Part shown: piece after piece, positions 18,893 to 31,600 of the stretch
Layout of the letters: the number at the start of each line of letters is the position of its first letter
Position numbering within the stretch: the first letter of the stretch is position 1
Notes under the pieces: model-generated
Told to the model about the DNA's origin: nothing
Seen by the model: the letters and a program-made list of their open reading frames with translations, nothing else
The model's database searches: none
Program-made: the position numbers and the translations under genes
Assembly: GCA_051294905.1 (NCBI GenBank)
Contig: CM119372.1
Span: 2,358,001 to 2,418,000 of the forward strand
Direction: 5' to 3'
From: Botryllus schlosseri
Lineage: Eukaryota
DNA length: 60,000 nt

Positions 18893-19691
18893 CTGTTTTA
18901 TCAGCAGATAATGTGTCATCATTGCAAAGGTCTCCTTCGCATAAAGCCAGTTGACATTCTTCAATTATAGCGGGTAGATCGGTATCATTGCCGTAGCGTT
19001 GTTTGAAGTCCTCGACGACCTTGCCGCAGGACGAGGTGCGGGCGGCGCTTCGGCTGTAGCACGTGCCGATGACAGTATTTGCTGGTCACAGAAGTAAACA
19101 GTTGATGAGTTCAGTTATTAAGACGCCTAGTTGATGAAATTGTTAAGTTGTCTAAAAAAAAAACGATGCATATCGAATTTGAAATATAAATGGATTTGTT
19201 TAGAAAACGCAAGATGGAGTGGAGCAGAAAATTATGTATTTGAAAAATAATATTATTTACGGTAAGAAAATCTATCATTTCGAATCATTGTGGCCAGCCC
19301 TAGTAGGCAGTAAAATATGAATGAAATATGAAAATAAGTTCATTTATTTTACTCTTATAGCTACAGAATGGAAAATTAGATGTGCAGCAATTGCAGCAAA
19401 TTGTTACATTGCCCAAAAAGGGCAATGTAACAAATTTATCAACTAGCCAGTAAGCTTAGAAAAAGAGATACATATCATTTTGCTATACATGCGGTAAAAA
19501 TGATTTCGAAACGAGTACATTCTCCTTACATTCAACTCCTCCGATATAGGCTGTCATCCTAATCAACCCACAAACAGAGTCTGGCGCACACTCAATCTCG
19601 TCTTGCTTATTTTCCACCTCTGATCCTCCGATAATTGTGATATCGGTCGAATAACAACGAACAGGCCTCGGTAGAGTGGGTGAAGTTGTAC
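18893..19691 (-). CDS. LU domain 15, 8-Cys variant (exons 19530-19691 and 18893-19081)
   Basis: PVRCYSTDI...ECAPDSVCGL / VIGTCYSRSAARTSSCGK...ECQLALCEGDLCNDD; 162+189 nt; missed by the ORF track. Confidence 0.87.
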
Positions 19692-22600
19692 CTTAATATA
19701 CAATGTATTAACACAGTATATACAGTACATAGAAATGAAAAAACCACATCTACATAAAAAACAACTCCATTGCATCACGATTGAATTGGCTACAACACAC
19801 ATTTCCATACTTATTTAGATTATACTTAGGGTCAGACAAGGGTTGTAATGACACGACTCGAGTCTGACTCGAGTCACGATTTTATGATGACTCGACTTGA
19901 GTCATTTTCTCAAAATACAGAAATGACTCGACTCGAGTCAATATGTGTATTGACTCGACTTGGACATGACTCGAGACTCAGACGGCCAAGACAGACATTT
20001 TGAAGTATGGTAAAGTAACCACACTGTTGGGATTTCGTCTATTGGTACTGGTACTTGAAAATGCGATCAGAAACTGCTTAAGGTGAGGAAAATTATTATA
20101 TTATAAATGCGATATGCGAACCATTCGATATCACCAAACAGAGTTATAAAAAGTGAATTTAACAAGACTTTAAATGTAAACTGGTCAGTCAACACAATGA
20201 CTTGGACTCGACTCGAGTCATAATACCCTGACTTGGACTCGACCCTCAGCTAGCTGACTTGGACTTGACTCGGTGGTGAATTGAAATTGACTCAACTTGA
20301 CTCGAGTCAAAACTATAAAAGTGAGATTGACTCGTGACTCGGAGTCTTGTGACTAGGTTACAACCCTGGGTCAGACTTCCGATTTGATGTGATGTATCAA
20401 CGATGAAAATGTTCAGAAAATTACTTACAACGCAAGTTTTCACAGTAAAGTGTTATTTGACATGAGTGACAAAAATGAAATTCCTGCTTAAAATTGCTAG
20501 AACATCACTTGAAAAATATGAAGGCCACACAACAGAACACCGGTATCACGACTCAAGCCGACACGTAGTTTCTACTTGTTTGGAAACACCTTTTTTCAAT
20601 GCGGTAGACTTGAACGAGAAATAGAACTAAAACTAATCTTCCTTAACTAGAACTAGAACTAGTAAAAAACTAGTAATTAGTTAACCGCCAACTAACTGGA
20701 CTTGCAGTTTGCGCAAGTTTGCGTTGAACAGCTAGGACATTTCAGCCATCAATTTAAATATCACCTGGGGCGGGATCGTCCTCTATTAATTTCTGTTGCC
20801 AGACTTGCTCGCTGTCCAAACTGTTGCATTTGGAATCGGCGCAACAAGCAGCTTGGCACTGCGACAGCTTGAAGGTCAGCCCTGGTAATTCGGGCACCAA
20901 ACGCTTGACCACATTGCAACTTTCCACGCCACAATATTCAGCCGTCGTACATCCACCGGATATAACTTCCACTGAAAAAACGATAATCATTATTATACCT
21001 GACTTTAGTACATTTGTGAGTGAAATCGGTGGAAAATTCAAATCAAACAGAAAAAAAAATTGTTTTAGAAAAGGATTGCAGTGCCTTTTAAAGGTTTTAT
21101 TACTCACGTCTAGGGCCGTCCAAAATTGAGTACCCAAGTTCAAATAAGTACAATTCATGCAACCACAATTAATATAACGAGAGTACTACATCACTACGTA
21201 TTTGATTGCATTTCGTGACAATGCTGTGAGCTGATCACGACCTCACGGATATCTGAGTTCCAGAAACGTACGTAGCTTGTAATCATGTTTCGTATGCTGC
21301 GATACGATTAATCGGGGTTTCAAGGCTTCCACAGTGGAAAATACTATTGGAAGTGCCATCCTCGTTGAACAATTCACTCTTAGTGGCCAGGAGCGTATAA
21401 TTTCAGTACACGGCAAAATATCATCTCTCACTGCATGACTCGAGTCATTGTGCGCAGCCGTACTCACATTGCGGAATGAAAAATCTCTCTCCCTCCAAAA
21501 CAGTCTTCACTAAGACACAGCCGGTGTCAAGGGCGGAGCAGTTTTGCAAGATTATCGCTTCGTCGAACGTCTGTTCGGCAGACTTTATTTGACGGACGTT
21601 GTAACACTGGAGTTGCGGTCCTGGAGCGGCTAAAACGTTGAACAAATATGTCATCGGCATAAGCACTCGACCAATGTGTTTTATAGCATAATATGCATAC
21701 ATAAAATATGAGATTTTGCAATGCTGAGGTGCTATTTGATACATTCTACTTTCCAAAGTGAGCAAAATTTGATATCACTCCACTCGACTCCTTCATGGTA
21801 TGTTGCTGTATTCTCAGATTGGACAGCTAAAACTAGAACTACTCTCTTTTGAAAACTCGCAACTAAAACCAGAACTAGAACAAGAACTAACGACCTTTGA
21901 AAATCAGCAACTAACTAACTAAAACTAGATTCGATTCCGAAAAAAACCATTTCATTTATCACGATTGGTTTGGCTGTCCACACCAATATCAGTACAGGAC
22001 TGATTTTGACTTTGAAATAGGACGGGTAACGACCCTACAGCCCACCTATAGCTATGTTATTGTTCGTAGTGATGAGTCTGAGCTTGCAATAGCTGCTAGA
22101 ACATCACACTACAGATAACTAACCTATGGATCAATGCTCAACTCCAATTGCCACACCTGAATACCCAGAGAGATTTAGCGCTGAGTAATCAAAAAGCAAC
22201 ATAATTGGTAGTCCTATAGCTGGCGACCCGAGGGCCAAAATTTAATAAGAGTGGTCATAATGGAAAGCTAGTGTCACACCGATTCTGAAAATACAAACTA
22301 AAATATTGTCAGGGCAATGGAACTACCCCGAAACACCCCTCAAAGTCTGAAAATCAGAATTGTTCCGAACAATGGGAAAGCAGCAACACAATGACCAATT
22401 GCGTCGAGCGATTGTTCGGAACAATACAGACTTTTAGACTTTAAAGGCTATTGCGGATTGCTTCCATTGGTCTGACAAGATTTTAATTTGTATTTTCGGA
22501 ATCAGCTTTCGATTAAGACGAGGTTTATCAAATTTTAGTGCTCAGGTCGCCAACTATAACACTACCAATTCTGTTGCTTTCAGATTGCTCAGCAGTAAAC

Positions 22601-25600
22601 CTCTCTGGGTTTTCAAGCGTGGCGATGGGAATTGCGCATCTATCCGTAGGTTAGTTATCTACAATCACACAACAGAACATCAGTATCGGGATTCACGCCA
22701 AACGACGGCATGTGATTTCCAGTTGTTCGGCAACTGAATTTTTGAATACAGAATTAGAAGTGGAACTATAACGTCTCACTTTCCGAAATCCGCAACTTTG
22801 AACTAGAGCTATAAGTACCAAAAAAATACTAGATTGGTAGTTCGTACAAGTCTGTTCGAAGTCCTATAAGATGCAATCCAGATGAACATCCTACATCATT
22901 TACAAAGTAGGTACCCACCTGCAGTGGTTTCCGCTTCTGGCGTAGTTATAATCGGTGTTGGGCTACTGATAGTTGGCTCCGTTAAGGTCTCATCTGCCTT
23001 GTTGCATAAGTCAGAATCACAGCAGTACGTTGTGCAGCTCAAGGCATTTGCCAAGCCTTCACAAAAGCTGTCATCGCAAAGACTTTCCGCCTTACAAGAA
23101 GCTGTTTCGGTTGTCACTAGGAATAAGAAGAAAATCTAATTGGTATGCGAAAAATAACTGAATAATATATTCGTATTGAAATAAAACCGAATATATCCGC
23201 CTGACACTCGCCAGGGGTAATCGACAGCAACTAGTATAGAATTGGAAAGAACTTAGTAGATCAACAATCGTATCAATAAATATGACGTCACCGGTATGAA
23301 ATTCGCAATGAAATGCATGGACGCATACTTCAATTGTATATTGAACTGCTGTACCTCCAAGAAGCTCTATAATGAAATATCATGACAAATTCAAAAAGGA
23401 ACAAAATTAATTTGCAAGTATTAATTATGATGCTGAAATATTTATAAAAATATAATACTGTTATTCTTGTGTTCAATAGCCAAGTGAAAGTACTTCCATA
23501 AATTTCTCTCAAATACATGTAGAAATAGCGATATTCGAGACATGTAAAAACTACTTCAAGTGGAACTAAAAAATTAAGGCTTGGAAAATAATCAGGTAAG
23601 CAGCTTCCAAAAACAGATTTGGTTCAGTTGTCGCATATTTTTAATAGCCAATGAACGGTGGCAAAATTCGAAATCGCAGAGTGCATCTTCACGACTAGAA
23701 ATGACTATTGCTGCTACAAATTGTCGAAATCTTCGAAAATATACTCAGTTACTGACGTGATCAGGGGCTATTTTACTCAACCCTTCTGTCAATTTCAATC
23801 GTAAAAGTGATGGAAATCGGCAACATCCCAAAATGACTTTTTACTCTACAAAATCCGTAGTATAGAGAGTGAGTGGTTTGATAAAAAAATGTGAAATAGA
23901 AGTGAAAATAGAATTGAGAGTGATGCAGGCAGGCATAACCTACTTAAGTACACACTAAACTTTGAAGTACATTGTCACTGACCCCCTCTGATGATGCAAT
24001 CCACTAAAAGCAGGTGGCTAGATTTGAAAAATTGATTTTTACGCATATGTAGAATCATCAACTTTAATTTCAATAAATAGAATGGTATATAAATGTTTAT
24101 CGACTCGTGCGAAAGTGGGCAGTATCGCTATTTCTGAATGATACAATACTAATTTAAAAACAAATTGGATAAGTTTTTGTAGTTTGAAGAGATTCTTTGA
24201 GGTACAGAACTTCAATATACAATTGAATGGTATGTTGATATCAAAATGAACCCGAATATTTTCGGCTGACACTCGTCAGGGGTAATCGTCAGCAACTAGT
24301 GGAGATTTGGAAAGAACATTGTATGTCAACTGCCATATCAAAAAAGATGACGTCACTGGCATGAAATTCCGGTACCATGTATAATAGTACATTGAGCTTA
24401 AGCGCTCTCTTCTCCCTGATTATTCGAAATGTCATGCTGGTGACGTCATATTTTGTGATACGATGATTAATATACAACGTTCTTTTCAATTCCCTACTAG
24501 TTGCTGACGATTACCCCTGACGAGTGTCAGCCGAAAATAATCGGGTTCATTTCGATATGAGTTTTTTGTAGTTTAAGGCAAAACCGTCTCTAAACACTGA
24601 CTTTGCTATCACTAGAAATGCATCTTGATCCATAACTAAAAACCAACAACAAGGTTGGTATCAATTTACAAAGAATACTACATGCGTAAAATCTTACCTT
24701 CGACGCCAAAGATATCGACTACCGACTTTGTGTATGAGCACTTCGAAGAACTGGGGCATGTAGCAATAGTTTCCTCTGCCATATCAGCTCCGAAAAGAAC
24801 AGCTGGTGTTGTTTTGTCCAACTGATAACACTGCAGGCCTGGCTTAATGTCACCTTACAGAAAATGCATTGTGTAAGAATAAATATTAGTTATTAGTAGT
24901 AATATAACTTGAGATTTTAGAGCTTTGTAAATCAGACTTGGAGAGCTAGAAAATTTTCATCTTTTTCAAATTGAATTAGAATTAGAATTATAGGTACAGT
25001 TTATCCCAAATTAGTTCAGAATTAGAATTACTGAATTCGCGAAAACTTGAACATTGAATGAAGTTCAATCATGCATTGTAAAACAACATGACGTCATCTT
25101 CTGGGCTGAAATAATGATTAAATAAATGAGAAATCCTACCATCATCCGGTAAAGGGGTGGATGTGTCTTCAGTTTTGTTTTGACCATTGCAGAAATCTTC
25201 TGAGCAACAATATGACAAGCATTTCGTCGCTGAATTCATAGAGAACAGTTGCGTGATTCCAGTACATGGGTTTACGGAGCAAAGCATTTCTGGCACACAT
25301 GATGCAAATGTGTTTTCAACTGTAACAGAAAATCTGTTATGTAAAGAACCCGGGTAATGCATGGGATAGTCATTTTACCCTTCAGTCCAAACAACTCAGT
25401 GGTTGTGGAGTAGTATGTGCATTTAGATCCAGGCGGGCATTGAACCAATTGTACAGTATCGCTTGAAACTTCTCCACCAATGACGTTGCGATCGATTTTG
25501 AAGCATGATAACTGTGGTCCAAGAGCTCGTGCACCTTGGAGAAATATACAATTGAATAATATATTCATATTGAAATAAATTTTAGTATGTTAGGCTGACA

Positions 25601-28600
25601 CCAGTCAGGGGTAATTGTAAGCAACTAGTAGGGAATTGGAAATAACATTGAGTACCGACAACAATCTTATCACCAAGACTACCTTAAAATACGCAATTTT
25701 CTATCAATAACAACTTCTAACAAAGAAAATATGCTACTCTCAAGCTACAAGAAACAATGTTTAACAAAATACGTATACATATATTGTATACTATTTGTTC
25801 ACATATTTCATATTTCATATGGGCAAGGATGTAAAATGAATATCTATTCCCAATGAAAGCTATAAAAATGTTTCTACCAAGATCTTTAGGTTATTTTCGA
25901 TTGTGCTATGATTTTTTTTTCTTTATTTATATTTTTGTTAGTTAATCTAAAGTTTTGAGTTCTGTAGTAAGATGCATCTGGACTGGGTGGCTCGATTATG
26001 ATCACTTTGTCATACGGAGCCTCCCATCTATACCTTACTTATCTTCATAACATATTTCAGCCAATTAGGCCTACTTATTTTCATGTATGTTATTGATTTG
26101 GCAGGTTAACAAATAAAAGTTCCCTCTGTCTCTCTCTCTGCAGTAGTCACTAATTGTGACATCCAAGTATTCTTGTTTCTATTCACGGTCAGACCTGTTA
26201 ACAGAATGTACTAATAACATACATTTGAAGTTCTGTAAGAGTCAGTCAATCAACCATTTATTCGCAATTTTGCCAGTTTAAAACACCGCGAAAATGCGAT
26301 AACATGAGATGCAGGAGAGAGTCGAAATGATTTGGTAAGACTATCAACATAATTCAATTGTAAAATTAATTTCAGATCCATTTCCACAAAAAAAGAATCG
26401 GAAGTATTATGCTTGATGTAATTTTTGACAAAAACAGCCTCAATTCCATGTCTATAATTACATTGTCTCATAAGAGAAATCAGGAAATAGTAACATACCT
26501 CCTGTTGTTGTCTCGGAAGGACTAATAATGGGAACTGTCGTGGGTTTTGCTACCCGTTTAATTCCCAACTTTTCCTTTTCATTACAGAAATCGTTTTCAC
26601 AGCAAGTAATGTTGCAATTCTGAAGAAACATTTCGTCTCCAATTGCAGCTATGTTCTTCAGTTGATCATCGCATAATCTGTTGCTGCAGGTTGACTCTTC
26701 CGCACAGTCACCGTAATTGATTTTAACTGAAAATGTTCACCAGTTATATTGTCAGAATCAGAAAGAAAAATTGTAAACGGTATCTCACGAGAGTAGATAT
26801 GACTTTGATAACAGTCAATAATATTTTAGGGTAAACTTTTACACTTATGTAATTGAATGACGATGGAGATTATCATCATTTTACATGCAAGCTCATCTGC
26901 TAAACAACTGAAAGTGGTCAGTATTGAAGTACATCTACGTTTTTGGAGCACTCAAGTAAGTTTCCTCTACTTGCAGTGTTTACTCACAAGTTATGTTTTT
27001 CGACTACTGCGACTAATACCAGTTTTAAATGCACTTCTTACAGTAGAGAGTAGTTTCTGGATATGTATGCATCAACTTTGTGAGTAAAATTGTCATCGAA
27101 ATTGGGGGAAAAAGTCCTTGTATCACAATCACTGAATAATATTATAAACTGCGCCTATTTGTAGTGTCATTTGCGTTGGTTGGAAATAGTCAACACTGAT
27201 TGAATGCGTTAAGCATGCAACACCTGCTCGCAATCAATCAAAGTATGGCTTCATTTTCTGCATCCACTTGAAGTATTTTTGACACTACTTGGAAATACTA
27301 CTTATAAAAAAATCAAGACTTTGTAAAATTTTCATTTTTTTGGCCATATCTTGGTCATGGTTATGTTTAGGTTTGTCTCATTGTTTCAAAACGGCCAAGA
27401 CATAGCCGATAGAAAATGAAAGCTTTACTGATTCCACCATGGCGATTAGAAGAAGTATACAACTACCAAAAAGAACTTTTAAATTGCCATATCCAGATAG
27501 TTTTGATTTAAGATATAATTTGTTCCATGCAATATTCTACGCCAATAAAATGTCATCCTCACTTGATTCGTTATCTTGCGAGATGTAGTCAGCTGTAACG
27601 AACATGCACTGTTCTTGCTGTTTACAGCTTTTGCGCCCCGTAGTTGTGATGACAGGTCTTTCGAACGGGTGTATAATGATTTCCATTGAGTTGAAACAAG
27701 AAGGACCAGCGGAAACTGCAATGTTGTGAATATAAATTTGATTCGCATTAAGAATTGACCTTGCAAATAAGGCTTGGCACTCCGATTCGGGAACTAAAAT
27801 CTGAATTGAATATGAATTGTTGATGAACTATACTGCTTCGTAGCGTCAAAAGTTAAACACCAATATTTTGCCCCATGTATTAAATGACTTCTCCATACCT
27901 GTTGAACATGTTCACTGCCATTATACAAGATCCCAGTCAAAGGAAAATATCTATTTACCCCCACCTAATAGCAACTTAACTAAGAGACTTATTGACTACT
28001 CAGGACCTATCATATGGAATGCATTACCACGACATATCCGTGAATTGTTGTATAATCCTTTTAACCTTCTTGATTACATCTTATCCCCATACTATCACTG
28101 CTGCCATACCCTAATCCAGACACTGCTTCATTGTTATACTATTATCAATTTTCTGTAATTTTTTCTTTCTTTTATAGCAACAACCATTAGTTACCGCCAG
28201 ATTGCGAGTGTGGTCAGACTAGTTGACCTCCAAAGTCGTATCGATCATCCTCATCCTATACCAATATTGTGCTGCATGTTTTCTATGTCGTCATTGCTGC
28301 CGTCCGTTTGTTTTTTATTTTAGTTGAATAAAAAATATAGACTCTCTCTCTCTCATTTTAATGATTCGAGTTGAGTAGTGAGATACGATTTTTCCGAGAG
28401 TGGAAATTATATGCCCCATCGCACTAGAGTTATAAGCACCTAAATTTTGTTTCATAATCAATGACAATCAATGAGAACAATAGTTACGAGACTTTTTTGC
28501 TATCCTGGAACGCTTCAAACCTTGCTTGGTCGTATCACGTCCTCAAAACATGTAGCAATTGAAGTACAAATCCACGGATGTTGGTGGGATTGATTTTCTG

Positions 28601-31600
28601 TGAAGGCCTGATCAGTGATCAACCCACGGCATTGTTACAGACTACAATTACCTTTAATATGGTATGGAACTTGCAATAGTTTCTTCGTGGTCGCATAAAG
28701 GGCACATATTTGAACTTTTCATATCATGCGTACTGTTATGACATCCTATTGAGTAATACTCGACGTGGCCCAAAGTCCGATTGTCGAATTTGCCCAGCTC
28801 TACTGGAGGCACGATCGAGTTCTTCAGTTGTTTCCTACTCTTTTCTGATATATGTGTTAAACAGGGCAGCAAAATCGAGCCTTAACTATAGTACATGATA
28901 AACAATGGTAGAACGGAGAAGTACAACAGTGGTACCGCCTTAAAATGTGTCTCCTGGATTTGTCTATTTGATTTCATAGCAGCAAAACTGGAAAGGTGAG
29001 CGACATAAAGCTCTGACCTTGTGATATTATCAAACATCAATTGTTTGCATTCGTCGAGTTAGAATTGAAGATTGATGGATTTGAAGGCGTTTGAGTTATA
29101 ATTGTGTTTGCCATGATCAAAGAGAGAGTTTGAAGTAAGTTCTGCCTGAAAATTCTACACAAAATGGTCGCAGATTACATCAACTGTTGAACTGGACAAC
29201 TTTTAAAAATGCCTATGTACTGCTTACCCCTAACATGCCTAAAGTTGAAAGCCTTGGGGTTAAACTCTCTCTGTACTGTTTTTACTCAATGTACTAACTT
29301 TCCCTAATATGATATATCAGTGAATATAAAATAGGCAACTAAAACCAGTATACATATTATGGTTAGTATCAGGCACAAAAATAATATCAATCATGAGCGG
29401 ATGAAAATTTTGTTGCGTTTAAGTGTCGTTGTCAACAATTCATAAAGTGTAAAGGACCTGGGCGTGTTATAAAGTTAACCTACCGTATGACATCCAACCA
29501 GGCATTCACATATTTACGAAAATTGTGTCTCGTGTCACACATGAGCTACTAAAATATATTTTGCTTTACGAAACTCAGTTTGTAATTAATTCGTTATGAG
29601 AGAGTTATTACTGGCTTACATCTAATTTCAACCGGAGTGGCATGAGGCAAGGTGCCAGTTGAAGCCTCAGCAGTAGCACATTTTAAAGAGTCTGAGGTTC
29701 ATTTATCCAAAATATCGCTAATGATTTCTTATTGCTATTAAACAATGTAAATTTGACGGACAAAGACCCAAATTACTCCTCTTTATAAGATCCATAAGGT
29801 AACTGTATTTAATTCTTGCCAAACCTAACCTAATGCATGCATTCCAGGTTTATTATACACAGAATATGTTCTCATAATACCATCCAATATATCGTTGATC
29901 CTAATAGCCCGAAAATATATGCAGAATAAGATTTTATTTGCAGCTACATTGAAAATAATTTTCTAAGCACCCATACTACACCGAAAGTATTATAGACAGT
30001 GATTGAATCAAAAACATCATCACCCAAATTTATATCATTTTGATAATACTGGTCAATAAATGGAGTCACCGGCTATGATCTCGTCCAGAGGGCGATATCG
30101 TTGCCTGGGGACAATTTCGAGAGACGGAGGGTGGTGGGTGGGAGAACAAACGTGTTAAAGTAGAAATACTGTAAAAGAAAAAACTACTTGAGCAAACGAA
30201 TACAATCCATGTAAATGTAGAAGGATTAATATAGTCATGACCTCTATTCTTTAGGGGGGCGACAATCATATATTGAGCATAATAAGGGGGCGATGAGTCA
30301 AAAAAGTTTGGGAATCACTGATCTAGCCTATATTACCCGTATCCCGTAAGAAAACATTTCACAAAATATGAAGTAACAAGAATATGTACAAATTTCCGAT
30401 AAATGTTGTTTCATTGATGTTGAGGATGAAAACTATTCAAATTTCAAACTCGAAACAGGATTGAAACAGTCTCAAGTTGCTTTACTTGGGAATCAAATTG
30501 CAGCTAAGGTTTAAAAACACTAATCCTTTTTCGATATGGAATTACTCTACATTTTCGAATCGAGATATCGATTTTTGCGATTAATTTTAGAAATTCCAAA
30601 TCCTCAATTTGATTAATGTCAAAAAGATCAAGTATTGGATCAAATATTATTGTGTATATGTTTTTGTTTTGAGGTATATTTTACATACTCAATCTGTTTT
30701 GTTAGTAATGTTCCGGTTGATGAAGCAATAAAATCTCTCTCTCTCTCTAATCAGCATGAGTCCAGCAAACAATATGTGATTACGCATGCTATTAATCATG
30801 CCACTACATTAGTACAAATTATGGCAACAAAAACTTGATATTGAGCGGTGTGATGTGCGGCATATACAAGATTTGAGCATGAAAAAAATGCATGCTTCGA
30901 AAAGTAGATAGATGATCAATCGCGCTATGATAAAACACGGAAATGCACGGGCAATGAAAATTACATGATATATTCTTGCAGCGAAAGATTCGCAATGACA
31001 TGATCGTTAATTGTGCAATAAAGCAGCAGCATTTTAACTTGAATTGGCAGCAGGCTCGAATGACAAGCAGTTCGATTACAGGCGTCATTAAAGCAGCATG
31101 CGCGTTGTGAGATATCCCTTGCCTGTTGTTGACGAAGAAGCCGTTTGGGTTGCATCGGGCTGCGCAGTAACTGGCTCTGGTATAAAGTCATTGCATAGAT
31201 CTGTTTCACAGCATTGAGACGTACAACTGGTATATTCCACAAGCGTTCCAGATTGTCTGATTTGTTCCGAAAATGTAGTGCATAGATCGCCGACACAGTC
31301 GGATTCATCGACGCACGCTCCATAGAAAGATTGCACTGAAACACGGCATAACGGAACCTTTTATATTCATCATGTCAGCAACTACAATACAACGGAGTGT
31401 CCAAATTCATTTTGGTTGTGTTTTTACAAGATTCTGCATATGTTCATCTGTATATGTTTGTTAGGGTCACCATATTTTGTGATCTGGAAAAGAGGATACT
31501 TTTTACTACTCAAAAAATCTATAATATCAAACGAGAAAACAGGGAATTCGAAAATATTTACAGGAAATACTGTAGTCTTGACTAAAAAAAAACTACTGCT

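Noticed and set aside
28500..30130. Further spacer exons between LU10 and LU11 (e.g. 28652, 28800-28845, 29632-29692, 30070-30105)
   Set aside because: Splice-like signals are present but frames hit stops or end in the wrong phase; cannot be supported.
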